This document shows, piece after piece, positions 53,086 through 63,367 of a DNA stretch of 64,000 nucleotides. The stretch lies in assembly GCA_009691245.1 (NCBI GenBank), contig SHUM01000003.1, positions 3,099 to 67,098 of the forward strand. The letters are read 5' to 3'. The DNA is from Acidobacteriota bacterium (GTDB lineage Bacteria; Acidobacteriota; Terriglobia; 2-12-FULL-54-10). The notes beneath the pieces are model-generated. The model was given only the letters and a program-made list of their open reading frames with translations, was not told the origin of the DNA and ran no database searches. The first letter of the stretch is position 1. Each line of letters begins with the position of its first letter. The position numbers were made by a program, and so were the translations under genes.

Positions 53086-55518
53086 CTAGAACTCCCAGCG
53101 CAGTCCTGTCCGCAGTGTGGCCTTGGGCGCGAGGAATCCTGCGTTGTAGTATTCTTCGTTCAATAGATTGTCCACGCGGATGACGTAGCGCAGCGTGTGG
53201 CTCTCGCGCTCCAGCAAATCAGTGCTCGCCGTTAAATCTACCCGCGCATACCCCGCGAAGCGGTACACACCGAATGGAAAGGGGAACGCCGAGCCAAACA
53301 GCGGAAAGTCATGATCGGCCACCGCGTAGGTTTGCAGATGGAGGTGAACGCGGCGGATCGGTTCGAGCAGCACCCCTGAATTGAACTGATGCTCGGAGAC
53401 GCCCAACACGCGCGTCGTTCCGGCGGCGGAAGCAAATGGCAGATCGGAGTTGGCCAGTGTATATCCCGCGTTGAAGCTGACCATCCGATGCGGTCGGGCG
53501 CGAACCATGAACTCCACGCCGCGCGCGATGCCGCCGCGCGTATTCACGTATCCGAAGGAGCGCCCGAAAGGATCGCCCGGCGTGCCGCCAAAATCAATGA
53601 TGGTGTGCAGCCGCGTGTAGAACCATGTCGCGCTCAACTCCAGTCGATCGCGCCAGAGCTGCTGGTCAACACCCACGTCGATGAAATTCGTCCGCTCCGC
53701 TTTCAGCAACGGATTACCGTAGTAGAAGCCGCGCCCGCCGCTGCCGTATCGTTCATAGAGCGAAGGCGAGCGGAACCCGTTGCCAGCGTGAGCGCGGAGC
53801 TTGGTTCCCATGCTTCGCAGCGTATATGCCAGAGAAGCATCCGCCGTGTAGGCATTGGGCGCATCGAGTTCCCCCACGACCGTGTATGGACTCGGATTGC
53901 TGGTGCCCCCGGGCGAGAGAAACTCCGGACTCGATAGGACATAGAACTGCGCCTGGCCTCCGATCTGAAATTGCAAACGTCCATCGGCCAGCCGCGCATG
54001 ATTGCGCGCCTGCAAGGCCAAGGCTTTTTGAACCGCCACTGTCGTCTGCCCGAACTCCAACTGGTCAATGGCGGTGCGGTCGTACTCCACTCCAAAGTGC
54101 AGGGTGTCGACACTGGAAGCAGAGAGTGCGTTGCGCCAGAACAGTTGCTCATAGGAGCCGTTGTAACTGCGGCGATTCGTAGTAGCCGGCTCTGGGTAGC
54201 CCAGCGTTACGGCCAGCGGGTCGGTGCCGGGGCCGTCATCGTAGCCGCGGCGCACGCGCAGGCTCTGAAAGCCAACGGACTGCCGCCAGAAATCTCCCAC
54301 TTCAAACTCCAGCCGCGCCGCGCCGGAATAGAACCGCACGCGTTGGTGGTAGTCAGGGTCATTGATCTGCGGATAGAAATTCGCCTGCGGGTCTGGAAAT
54401 TCCCGCGCCTCGCGCACCAGCGTGCCGGCGGGCAGCTCGGGCAGATTGGCCAGCGGCGAGGGGTCCTCGTTTAGGTAAGAGAAGCCATCGGCGATCAGAA
54501 AGCGCGTGAACAGCCGGACCCGCGGCGTAAGATCGAACCACGATGCGGCGGAGGCGTTGGTGTCGCGCGAGGCGTCCTGGCCATCCTGGCCGGAGAGATA
54601 ATTCTGATGCGTCAGGTTGAGAGAGTAGGAAAAACGTCGCGAGGCGTTCCATCCAGACAAACCCGCGCTGGGTAGCAGCAGCCCCAACGAGCCGCCTTCG
54701 AGTGAGAGGAACCCGGCCTGCGGGCGGTCGGCCACGCGATCAGGTTGCTGCGTCTGCACGTTAACTACTCCGCCGACCGCATGTGTTCCATAGAGCGACG
54801 ACGCGGCCCCGCGCAGAATCTCCACGCGATCCGCGGTGGCCACCGAAATCTCAGAGAGCAGCGAGCGCGCCGAGCCTTTATTGTCGGAAGGGTCTGACAG
54901 GCGGAAGCCATCGAGCTGAATCGCGGCGTCCTCGGGACGTAGTCCGCGGAAGCGGAAGCTGGCCAGACCAGCTGGCCCTCCCAGTTGCTGGAGTTGCAGG
55001 CCGGGCACGGAACGCAGCGCGTCGGCGAGCGTTACCACGTCGCGCGCGCGCAGCTCCTCGCGTGTGATGATGCTGACGGACTTGGCCGTCTCCTCCGGTA
55101 TCTCCGGCAGACCGGAGGCCAGCACGTTCACGCTCTGGTGGATTCCGGCGATTTCGAGAACCCATTCGAGTGAGTCGCTATCGGATGGAAGAGTCAGGCG
55201 TTGGCTTTGCGTTTGAAATCCAGCGGCGCTGATCTCCACAACGTAGGTGCCATTGGATAAGTTGGTCAACTCGATGCGCCCATCCGCGCTGGCCACCTCC
55301 AGCGCGGTGGAGGTGGAGGCTCCGTAGATGCGAACACGAGCGCCGGTAATGCGGCCGCCGGTGCGGTCGCGCACCACGGCGCTGAGCATATGCGTTGCGC
55401 TCGATTGCGCGCGGGCCAATCGCCATGCGGGTTGCGAAGCGTTTATCAGACAGATCAGGGATAACAGGCAGGCAAAGACACGAATACGACGAAGCACTTT
55501 CATGGACGTTTTCGACAT
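53086..55518 (-). CDS. TonB-dependent receptor with CarboxypepD_reg-like N-terminal domain
   Basis: AAAGGAG RBS then ATG at 55518 (MSKTSMKVLRRIRVFACLLSLICL signal). Plug domain (VSIITREELRARDVVTLADALRSVPGL) and C-terminal barrel ending ...TGLRWEF. Confidence 0.85.
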   Translation of the reverse strand: MSKTSMKVLRRIRVFACLLSLICLINASQPAWRLARAQSSATHMLSAVVRDRTGGRITGARVRIYGASTSTALEVASADGRIELTNLSNGTYVVEISAAGFQTQSQRLTLPSDSDSLEWVLEIAGIHQSVNVLASGLPEIPEETAKSVSIITREELRARDVVTLADALRSVPGLQLQQLGGPAGLASFRFRGLRPEDAAIQLDGFRLSDPSDNKGSARSLLSEISVATADRVEILRGAASSLYGTHAVGGVVNVQTQQPDRVADRPQAGFLSLEGGSLGLLLPSAGLSGWNASRRFSYSLNLTHQNYLSGQDGQDASRDTNASAASWFDLTPRVRLFTRFLIADGFSYLNEDPSPLANLPELPAGTLVREAREFPDPQANFYPQINDPDYHQRVRFYSGAARLEFEVGDFWRQSVGFQSLRVRRGYDDGPGTDPLAVTLGYPEPATTNRRSYNGSYEQLFWRNALSASSVDTLHFGVEYDRTAIDQLEFGQTTVAVQKALALQARNHARLADGRLQFQIGGQAQFYVLSSPEFLSPGGTSNPSPYTVVGELDAPNAYTADASLAYTLRSMGTKLRAHAGNGFRSPSLYERYGSGGRGFYYGNPLLKAERTNFIDVGVDQQLWRDRLELSATWFYTRLHTIIDFGGTPGDPFGRSFGYVNTRGGIARGVEFMVRARPHRMVSFNAGYTLANSDLPFASAAGTTRVLGVSEHQFNSGVLLEPIRRVHLHLQTYAVADHDFPLFGSAFPFPFGVYRFAGYARVDLTASTDLLERESHTLRYVIRVDNLLNEEYYNAGFLAPKATLRTGLRWEF

Positions 55519-55948
55519 GTGGACTCCTTTGGCCCTCGGAAGGAGGAAACGCAATACCGCCGAGACGGGGAGGCCAGTGTTGGTGGAAGCGGAGGATGAG
55601 GCGAAGGCGCGACCCTTACACAAAATAAACAACGATGCACTAAATCAGCGCAACAGTGATTTCAAAGATGGAAAGACAGCGCCAAGCTCATCGGACTTCC
55701 CCTCGAAGCCGATTCCCGCAGGGGGGTTCTTGGCAGGTCTCCTGGCTGATGCTTTAACGGATCGAGCGCCTTCCCATCCCGGCGTGCCTATTACGGCAGT
55801 ACGGAACAGTGGCGAATTGCTCAATCCAACGCAATCACAGTGGCGGGGCCGCGCTGGTTTCTCACCAGCTTCCCTATTGATGATTAAGCACCAAGAACAT
55901 TTTCCATGTTGCAGGCAGGAAGGCACGGCTGTCAAGCGGCGCGTAAAT

Positions 55949-56025
55949 TGGGGTGGGCGACGGGGCTCGAACCCGCGACTTCCGGAATCACAATCCGGCG
56001 CTCTGCCAGCTGAGCTACGCCCACC
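55949..56025 (-). tRNA. tRNA-His (anticodon GTG) with encoded G-1 and 3' CCA
   Basis: Reverse strand GGTGGGCGTAGCTCAGCTGGCAGAGCGCCGGATTGTGATTCCGGAAGTCGCGGGTTCGAGCCCCGTCGCCCACCCCA. Cloverleaf folds: acceptor GTGGGCG/CGCCCAC, anticodon loop TTGTGAT, T-loop TTCGAGC, discriminator C73, extra 5' G typical of tRNA-His. Confidence 0.9.
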
Positions 56026-56155
56026 GTAAACGGTGCATTGATTATAGGGAACCGGCGGCGTGCAGGTCAATCCGGCCTCCAGCGAGATCTGTATCTGGTA
56101 TGCTAAGGCGATCGCGGTTCAACGAGGCATCAGCCAGACAATAGAGGAGAAACAG

Positions 56156-56582
56156 ATGGACATGCTGGGAAATGTTTTGGGGAGCCTGAAGGGTGGCGGC
56201 CAAGGCGGCGGACTGGCCGGAGCCGTCATGCAGCTGCTGATCCATAAAGGTGGGTCGAGTGGCCAAGGCGGCAGCACCGGCTTGGCGGGGCTAATCCAGA
56301 CTATGAACTCGAATGGTTTGGGGGATGTGGTAAGCTCCTGGGTCGGTACAGGACAGAACAAAGCGATCAGCGCCGCACAGTTATCATCTGTGCTGGGCAA
56401 GAATCAAATCGCATAATTGGCGCAGAAGGCCGGCGTCGCGGAACATGACGCGCCCAATTTGTTGGCCGGGCTGTTGCCCAATCTGGTGGACAAGCTGACA
56501 CCAACGGGGCAGGTTCCCGCCGAGAATGATCTAGCCTCGATGGGTATGAATCTGCTAAAAGGCATCATGGGCGGCAAATAGT
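56156..56582 (+). pseudogene. YidB/DUF937-family protein interrupted by one in-frame TAA (56414-56416)
   Basis: AGGAGA RBS then ATG 56156. MDMLGNVLGSLKGGGQGGGLAGAVMQLL...NGLGDVVSSWVGTGQNKAISAAQLSSVLGKNQIA*LAQKAGVAEHDAPNLLAGLLPNLVDKLTPTGQVPAENDL...LLKGIMGGK aligns end-to-end with YidB. The stop replaces a conserved sense position. Confidence 0.55.
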
Positions 56583-56595
56583 GCCCCGCGTTTCC

Positions 56596-58488
56596 CTACC
56601 AGCCGTCGGGGAAGCGCTCCTTCCAAGCGGTGGCCCCCGCCGGCTGCATGCCGATTTCACTCGCCAGCGCGGACATCAGGTGAATTACCTTGCCGCCCAC
56701 CACGGTCATCTGCGGGCGGATGGTGGGTATCTCCTCTTCAGGCACTGCGAGGAAATCCTTGTCGAGGACGATGAAGTCGGCGAACTTACCAGGCTCGATG
56801 GACCCCATTACTTTTTCGCGCAGCATGTAGTGCGCGCCCCAGCGCGTCAGCGCCTTCAACTGCGTGATGCGGTCGGTGCGCTCGCCGGGGCCGTAGACCA
56901 TCTTGTCGCGGTCGTTGTAGCGATTCATGCCCTTGGTGATGAAGAAGAAAAGTTTGTGCGGTAGTGGACGGTCGATCTCGAAACCGCTCATCACGCCGCC
57001 GGCGGTGAGGCTCTTGCGTGGCGAGACCCAGGACGTGTACTCGGTCCCATAGACGCGCGCGATCATGGCCGTGCCCATCATGTTGGGCACTACTCCGGCG
57101 GGCTCCCAGAGCAGATTGTTATTCAGACTGGTCAACATGCCGAGGTGTTTGATGCGCGGGATTTGCTGTGGGCGCGGCGCTCCGGCGCTATGGTCAAAGG
57201 CGTGGCGCTTGGCGCGAATGTCGTCGAGCGAGAAGCCGGCCTCGGCGCTCGACTGCTCGATGATGTCCATCAGGTAATCGATATCTTTGTCGCCGCCGGT
57301 GTGGATGGTGGCTATCCTCATGCCGCTCTTGACCACTGTCTCCATGCGCGCGCGGCCCTCTGATCCCGGCGCGTAACTGCAACTGCCCTCGCTGCGGCGA
57401 CCGGCGATCTCGAGTGGATTGGTTTTCCACTGTTCGCTTACCGGTGCGGTCATGCAATTGCCTCCGGCTCCCGCAAAAGCCCCGATCATCCAGATGTTAT
57501 CCGTGCCGGTGCCAACGTTGCTGGCCAGATAGCGCAGCGTGGTCAGGTCCCAGGCGTCGCCGGAGTAGCCCCAGGCAAAGCGCGCGGGCATTTCGCCTCG
57601 CTCGTCGAGATAGCGCAGCGCGCGCAGATTCGAGTAGGAATAGGGGGACGACGCAAACGCGACCGCGCCGTAGCTGGCCCATAGTTCCATCTCCGACTTC
57701 AGCACCTGCGCCAGTTGCGGCGTCTTGCCCTTGAACATGGCGTTCGGCTCCATCTCGCGGCTGAAGCCGAAGCCGTTCTTCCTGAACTCGGGATCGAGCG
57801 CGCCGTCGGCCGACTCCAGACTCTCCATCGCCCGCGTGTTCACCATTGAGGTGATGAATCCGTTGCGCACCTTCACAGGATTGTTAGGCGCGAGCAGGTC
57901 GAGATATTCTTTCTTAATGCTCCTGGCGAAAAGCTGGGCCATCTCGGTGGCGTGCTCGTAGTCTGGGCCGTAGTTGAAGCTGAGGAACAGCCACTGGCCG
58001 GGCTTGGCCTTCGCCAGCACTTCGCGCATCATCGGCTCGAAGCGCGCCATCTGCTCCTTCGGAGGAAGGTTGGGCATCCAGCGATGGATGATCTCATTGT
58101 CATTGGGAAAAATGTGCGTCAGCGCTCGCGGCTCCTGAAAAGCCCAATCGGTGGGATGCTCGTGGGTGATGATGAAGCCCGGCAGCACCATGCGCCCCCT
58201 CAAGTCGATAACCTTGGTTGAAGGCCCAGCCAGCGACCGGATGTCGGCGGTGCGGCCCGTCGCCAGGATGCGGTCGCTACGCACGGCCATGGCTTCCACG
58301 ATGGTGCCCACGCGGGACTCGAACGAGGCGTCGTCCATGGTGACGATTTTCCCGTTGATGAGAATCATCTCGGGATGGCCGAGCTTGGCGGCCTGCGCGG
58401 GGACGCTGCCTTGTTGGGCAGCGCCGAGGTTGGCATGAAGCAGGACGGAAATTCCAATCACAGCCTGTAAGATTCGCGCGCGCATCAT
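56596..58488 (-). CDS. Secreted amidohydrolase-family (Amidohydro_3-like) metal-dependent hydrolase
   Basis: Signal peptide. HxH metal motif near the N-terminus (GFIITHEHP) and distal His/Asp ligands. 630 aa. Confidence 0.75.
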   Translation of the reverse strand: MMRARILQAVIGISVLLHANLGAAQQGSVPAQAAKLGHPEMILINGKIVTMDDASFESRVGTIVEAMAVRSDRILATGRTADIRSLAGPSTKVIDLRGRMVLPGFIITHEHPTDWAFQEPRALTHIFPNDNEIIHRWMPNLPPKEQMARFEPMMREVLAKAKPGQWLFLSFNYGPDYEHATEMAQLFARSIKKEYLDLLAPNNPVKVRNGFITSMVNTRAMESLESADGALDPEFRKNGFGFSREMEPNAMFKGKTPQLAQVLKSEMELWASYGAVAFASSPYSYSNLRALRYLDERGEMPARFAWGYSGDAWDLTTLRYLASNVGTGTDNIWMIGAFAGAGGNCMTAPVSEQWKTNPLEIAGRRSEGSCSYAPGSEGRARMETVVKSGMRIATIHTGGDKDIDYLMDIIEQSSAEAGFSLDDIRAKRHAFDHSAGAPRPQQIPRIKHLGMLTSLNNNLLWEPAGVVPNMMGTAMIARVYGTEYTSWVSPRKSLTAGGVMSGFEIDRPLPHKLFFFITKGMNRYNDRDKMVYGPGERTDRITQLKALTRWGAHYMLREKVMGSIEPGKFADFIVLDKDFLAVPEEEIPTIRPQMTVVGGKVIHLMSALASEIGMQPAGATAWKERFPDGW

Positions 58489-58624
58489 ATCGTGGCTCCT
58501 TCAAGTCTCGCGATCGGAGCGGCTGGGCATCGCTCAGGAACAGTATTGTAACTCCGCGGCGTGGAATGCCGGGGCATTTTCCGTATGAGTGGAGAAATAT
58601 GATTTGCCTGGTCGGCAAGAAGAC

Positions 58625-59524
58625 CTAATCGAAGATGACCGTCTTGCGGCCGTAGGGGATGACGCGGCGTTCGAGGTGCAGGCGCACGGCGCGGGCCAGC
58701 ACGACACGCTCGAGGTCGCGGCCCTTGCGCACCATGTCCTCCACGGTGTCGCGATGGCTGCTGCGGGCCACGTCCTGTTCGATGATGGGGCCCTGATCGA
58801 GATCGGCGGTTGCGTAATGGCTGGTCGCGCCAATGAGTTTCACGCCGCGCTCAAACGCCTGGTGGTACGGTTTTGCGCCAACAAAGGCTGGAAGAAATGA
58901 ATGGTGGATATTGATAATGCGGTTGGGGAAGGCCTCCACCATCTGCGGACTGAGCACCGGCATGTAGCGCGCCAGCACCACCAGATCAACGCGGTGCTGG
59001 CGCAGCAGCTCAAGTTCAGCTTTCTCTTGCGCGAGCTTGGTGTCCGCGGTAATGGGAAACACATGAAAGGGGATGCCGAACTTTTCGACCGCCGAGCCGA
59101 GATCGGGATGATTGCTGATGACCAGCGCGACCGTACACGGCAACTCGCCCTCGACGCTGCGCCAGTGCAAATCATAAAGGCAGTGCGACTCCTTGGAGAC
59201 GAACAGGGCCACGCGGTCGAGCTGATCGCGATAATGAATCTCCCATTGCAGATTCAGCTTGCGCGCCAGGGGAAGAAAGGCGGCGGCGAACTCATCTCGC
59301 CCAATCTGGAAACCAGTCGTCTCCCACTCCATGCGCATCAGGAAAAGCCCAGACTGCAGATCGGTGTGATGATCCGAGTGGACGATGTTGCCGTTATATT
59401 GAAAGACAAATTGCGATATCTGAGCGACCAAACCGCGCTGGTCCGGACAGTGGATCCGTAGGACGGCATTTGAGTGGTGGGGTGAGTGGTTGGGCATGAT
59501 CTTCGGGGCCTCCATGTGTGTCAA
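58625..59524 (-). CDS. purU: Formyltetrahydrofolate deformylase (start codon uncertain: TTG 59524 / ATG 59515 / ATG 59497)
   Basis: N-terminal ACT domain (LRIHCPDQRGLVAQIS) plus formyl-transferase domain (NIHHSFLPAFVGAKPY, ...SHYATADLDQGPII). Confidence 0.85.
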   Translation of the reverse strand: MTHMEAPKIMPNHSPHHSNAVLRIHCPDQRGLVAQISQFVFQYNGNIVHSDHHTDLQSGLFLMRMEWETTGFQIGRDEFAAAFLPLARKLNLQWEIHYRDQLDRVALFVSKESHCLYDLHWRSVEGELPCTVALVISNHPDLGSAVEKFGIPFHVFPITADTKLAQEKAELELLRQHRVDLVVLARYMPVLSPQMVEAFPNRIINIHHSFLPAFVGAKPYHQAFERGVKLIGATSHYATADLDQGPIIEQDVARSSHRDTVEDMVRKGRDLERVVLARAVRLHLERRVIPYGRKTVIFD

Positions 59525-59622
59525 TCTGTATTACATCGCCTGTATTACCTTGCAGGACGCAGGTGCGACGCCAGCCAGTAGTGCCACTTCGCTTTAAGCA
59601 GGCATTGACTGGTCCGGGAATT

Positions 59623-60696
59623 TTATCTCTTTTTGGCGCGTACAAAACGGGTGAGGTCCGGAAGCACCTCCCGGGTTTGCAACAGCGGAAACAGCACGGC
59701 CCCTGACAGATTGATCAGCACCTGCGAGATCATATAAAGCGTGAAGAGGTTGGCTCCCTGCGTTGATCCCGCAAGTTGGAAGAGCGCCAGGAACGCCACC
59801 TGGCCAACTCCCAGGCTGGCCGGCGTGATGGGAATCGTGGTCAGCACCAACCCCACCGGCACCAGCACCATATATTCCAGCAGATCCACTTCAATTCCCA
59901 AGGCGCGTCCGTAGAGCACGAGGCTGCTCAGAATCAATCCCTGACTGGCACAGGAGATCAGCGCAATCTTACGAATCAGCGCGGCATCACGGACATAATC
60001 GTGCGTGCCGCGATACAGCTCCTCGAACATCTCGCCCATGCGCAGTTTCTTCGCCCAGTGCGCCAGTATCACCGGCGGCGCCGGTCGCAGATAGGCCAAC
60101 CATAATAGGGCCAGAGTGGCGAGTATTCCGCAACCAGCCAGCACGCTGAAGGGCACTACGAAGCGCGCCGGCAACGGATGATAAAAGGTTCCCAAGGTTC
60201 CCAGCAGACAGAACACCAGTAACGCCGAAACGCCGAAAAGGCGGTCAAACAGAATACTTGGCACCACGGCGTACGGCCCCAATGGCGGATGGTTGCTGCC
60301 TCCCGCGGGAGAGTTCTCCGAAGCGCGCCGCGAAATGAACACGCCCCTCAACACATCGCCGCCAATGTGGCCAGGCAACGCCATATTTAAAAATTTAGAG
60401 ACCATCAGTAAGGCGAAGACTTCGCCGGTGGGTAGATGTAATTGACGCGCGCGCAGCAGGCTCTGCCAACGCCAGAGCTGGCCCAAGGGCGTGAGGAATA
60501 ACAAGAGCAGAGCAGGCACGGAATATTGCCACTGCTGCATGGAAGCGAGTAGCGGCTCCCAGGCAATGTGCTCTTTCTTCACCAGATAAACCACCAGCGC
60601 AATCGCCACAGCCAGCTTCACGACGATGGTCAGCCAACTCCTGCTGCTGCCGGTGGAGTCCTGCGAATGGAGTTTACTCGGGGTAGAGGACCACAT
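59623..60696 (-). CDS. Flippase-like / lysylphosphatidylglycerol-synthase-TM-domain (UPF0104) membrane protein
   Basis: ~8 TM helices. Conserved ...LNMALPGHIGGDVLRGVFISRRA... loop typical of UPF0104/MprF-N family. Confidence 0.6.
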   Translation of the reverse strand: MWSSTPSKLHSQDSTGSSRSWLTIVVKLAVAIALVVYLVKKEHIAWEPLLASMQQWQYSVPALLLLFLTPLGQLWRWQSLLRARQLHLPTGEVFALLMVSKFLNMALPGHIGGDVLRGVFISRRASENSPAGGSNHPPLGPYAVVPSILFDRLFGVSALLVFCLLGTLGTFYHPLPARFVVPFSVLAGCGILATLALLWLAYLRPAPPVILAHWAKKLRMGEMFEELYRGTHDYVRDAALIRKIALISCASQGLILSSLVLYGRALGIEVDLLEYMVLVPVGLVLTTIPITPASLGVGQVAFLALFQLAGSTQGANLFTLYMISQVLINLSGAVLFPLLQTREVLPDLTRFVRAKKR

Positions 60697-60954
60697 ACTG
60701 GGGAAAGTTTAATCGAACCAGATAGGAAAGGAAAGCATGCGTAGCAGAACAGTCAGGCTGTTTCACAGGAGACACCCAAGGCGCGCTGATGCCTTGGTAG
60801 CCACGATCAGCGTCTTTCTGGTGGTGAAGTTTCCAGTGAAAACCACAAGCCCACGGCGAGAGAAGCACTCACCTTGGCTACCAGGGCCTTCAGGGTCCCC
60901 AGGGTCCCCAGGGTCAACGATACATTAGATGTGAAAATGGGCCAGGCCCGGGTT

Positions 60955-61233
60955 TTAGGCCGCGGCCGTGGCTGTGGCTGTGGCTTTGTTGGCGCGGGTC
61001 ACCAAGCGTGACTTCAGCCGTGCCGCGGTGTTGCGGTGGATCAGGCCCTTGCGCACCGACTTGTCGATGCGGGAAACCGTCGCACTCACTTGCAGAGGAT
61101 CGGCTTTGCCTTCGTCCAGCGTGCTCCGAAGTCCGCGCAGGCTAGCGCGCAGCACGCCTTTGTTGGAGCGGTTGACGGCTGTCTTGCGTTTGGTCTGACG
61201 CACGCGCTTGAGCGCGGAATAATGATTAGGCAT
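60955..61233 (-). CDS. rpsT: 30S ribosomal protein S20 with Ala/Thr-rich C-terminal extension
   Basis: [25 protein letters not shown]... is the canonical S20 N-terminus. Start at the internal ATG 61233. Confidence 0.85.
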   Translation of the reverse strand: MPNHYSALKRVRQTKRKTAVNRSNKGVLRASLRGLRSTLDEGKADPLQVSATVSRIDKSVRKGLIHRNTAARLKSRLVTRANKATATATAAA

Positions 61234-61516
61234 GGAACGTCCTTCTGGCCGGGCTATATCAAGTTCGAGCATATATATATTTGCTCAAGAACCCAGCGCA
61301 ATTGCTCATTGTAGCCAGAACCATCACCCGCCGTCAACGCATTTGACGTACAGGTAGTGGGCAGTTTGACGCACTCATGATGTAGCGCCGGTATCCAGTC
61401 GGACCCAAGGGCCGCAAGGATGGCGGCGTTACTTTAAACACTCGCCTTACTTACAGAGGAGAGGGCCGTCACGGACGTGGAAAATAGGCTACATTAGTCT
61501 GCGGAGGAATTGCGTT

Positions 61517-62962
61517 TTGGAGTCTCAATCTACAATTGGAGGGCGCTCGGCCGTCTTGCCGGAAGTCTTAATCGTCGAGGATGATTTCGCTTTCTCGCAG
61601 ACCATGCTGGCACTGCTGGAGGCGGAGGGGTTCGCTGCTGAGGCCGTAAACTCGACCGCCGATGCGCTCGATCGGTTCTCGGCGCGTTCCTATCCCATTG
61701 TCATCTCCGACATCTACATTGACGAGCGCACTGGGCTGGATGTGCTGCGCCGCGCGCGCGCCGTGGAGCCGGAGTGCGCGGTGATCCTGATTACCGGGCA
61801 GGGATCGCTCGACACCGTGCTGGAAGCCACGCGCGCCGGTGCGTTCGATTACATCGCCAAGCCCTTCCCGCTCGACCGGCTGGTGCAGACGGTGCGCAAT
61901 GCCGCGAATGCCTGGGCAGCCCGCCGCCAGAACTCGCTTGATGAGACAGCGACTCTCCCTGGCCCCGGCGAATACTCACCAGCGTTGGTGGGCCACTCCG
62001 ACGCCATGGTGGAGACGTACAAGTTCATCTCGCGCGTGGCCGACTCCGACGCCACCGTGCTGCTACAAGGCGAGACCGGCACGGGCAAGGAGATGGTGGC
62101 GCGGCTGATCCACCAGGCCAGCCCGCGGCGCGCGCGGCGCATGGTGGTGGTGGATTGCGGCGCGCTCTCCGGCTCGCTACTGGAAGCTGAATTGTTCGGC
62201 GCCACGCGCGGCGCCTACACTGGCGCGGATCGTGATCGCACGGGGTTGCTGGAAGCCGCCGAGGGCGGCACGGTCTTCCTGGATGAGATCGGCGAAATGG
62301 AGTGGGCCTTCCAGCAGCGGCTGCTGCGCTTCCTCCAGGAGCGCGAGGTGCGTCCGCTAGGCAGCAACACAGCGAAGAAGGTAGATGTGCGCGTAGTTGC
62401 CGCCACAAACTGTGATTTGCGCGGGATGGTCGCCGAGAAGAAGTTTCGCGAGGACCTCTGGTATCGCCTGCAGGTAGCCACCTGCCAGCTGGCGCCGCTG
62501 CGTGATCGCCGGCAGGACATTCCCGAACTGGTGAGCTTCTTTCTAGCGAAGTTTGCACGTCAGGCCGGCACCCAGACAAGCACCTCATCCGTTCGCGCGC
62601 TGCGCTTCAGCGACGACGCGCTGGTTGTGGCTCAACAATACGGCTGGCCGGGCAATGTGCGGCAGTTGGAGAATCTGCTGGAGCGGCTGGCGATTCTGCA
62701 CTCCGGTGCGGTGGTGGATGCGGCGGGATTGCGCAGTGCGCTGTCGGCGATGGACCCCACTAGTCAGAGCCAAACCAGCCCGCATCAGCCAGGATCGACG
62801 ATAGCCGGCCCTGCGGAGTCGCTATCCAGCCTGGAAGAAGACCACATCCGCAGGGTGTTGGAAGCCACGCGCGGCAACAAAACTCGCGCGGCGGAGATTC
62901 TCGGCATCGAGCGCAAGACACTCTATCGCAAACTTGAAAAGATGCGTCTGGCGCATTCCTAA
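61517..62962 (+). CDS. Sigma-54-dependent response regulator (NtrC family: REC + AAA+ + Fis-type HTH); start may be the TTG at 61556 (MPEVLIVEDD)
   Basis: REC domain (LIVEDD...D...), Walker A GETGTGKE, GAFTGA-like loop (GAYTGA), ESELFGH-like (EAELFGAT), C-terminal HTH (TRGNKTRAAEILGIERKTLYRKL). Confidence 0.85.
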   Translation: MESQSTIGGRSAVLPEVLIVEDDFAFSQTMLALLEAEGFAAEAVNSTADALDRFSARSYPIVISDIYIDERTGLDVLRRARAVEPECAVILITGQGSLDTVLEATRAGAFDYIAKPFPLDRLVQTVRNAANAWAARRQNSLDETATLPGPGEYSPALVGHSDAMVETYKFISRVADSDATVLLQGETGTGKEMVARLIHQASPRRARRMVVVDCGALSGSLLEAELFGATRGAYTGADRDRTGLLEAAEGGTVFLDEIGEMEWAFQQRLLRFLQEREVRPLGSNTAKKVDVRVVAATNCDLRGMVAEKKFREDLWYRLQVATCQLAPLRDRRQDIPELVSFFLAKFARQAGTQTSTSSVRALRFSDDALVVAQQYGWPGNVRQLENLLERLAILHSGAVVDAAGLRSALSAMDPTSQSQTSPHQPGSTIAGPAESLSSLEEDHIRRVLEATRGNKTRAAEILGIERKTLYRKLEKMRLAHS

Positions 62963-63133
62963 TGCGGTCGAGGCTCTGTTTGCGGCGTGTGTCATTCTGA
63001 CACGCCCGCCAAGCAATGTCTCAATGTGGTGGGGCGGAATGCTACGGTTGGATGTTCCAACCTTGTTCGCGAGCCGGATACTGCAACAAATTAAATCAAT
63101 GGGATGCGGGCGATGTGGCGGACACGTCAGTTT

Positions 63134-63149
63134 TGGCACACCTCTTGCA
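63134..63149 (+). promoter_or_regulatory. Sigma-54 promoter, exact -24/-12 consensus TGGCAC-N5-TTGCA
   Basis: TGGCACacctcTTGCA read directly. Perfect dyad GTGTCA-TTC-TGACAC (62989-63003) ~140 bp upstream in UAS position. Immediately downstream of the NtrC-family gene. Confidence 0.5.
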
Positions 63150-63367
63150 CTAGGCAATGGTAGTTCAGAACAAACGATTGCGAGCCAGTGGGCTTGGTGG
63201 ATCGGGAGGGACATAGGGCTGCTCTCCCTAGTCAATGCGGACCCGACCTGCCGAGTTCACTGGCTCTCTTTTTTTCCCAAAAACAATTTTCCAATAGCCA
63301 TCCTGTAACTACGGGTTTCCCGCCCGCTCGGGATGACGACTCTGGGGTATGGCGCCGCAACGTTCCG

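Noticed and set aside
60881-60918. Short tandem CAGGGTCCCC x2.5
   Set aside because: Too short and simple to be a functional repeat array; no spacer structure, not CRISPR.
62025-62588. 187-aa minus-strand ORF inside the NtrC-like gene
   Set aside because: Pro/Arg/Ala-rich antisense frame of a well-supported sigma-54 activator.
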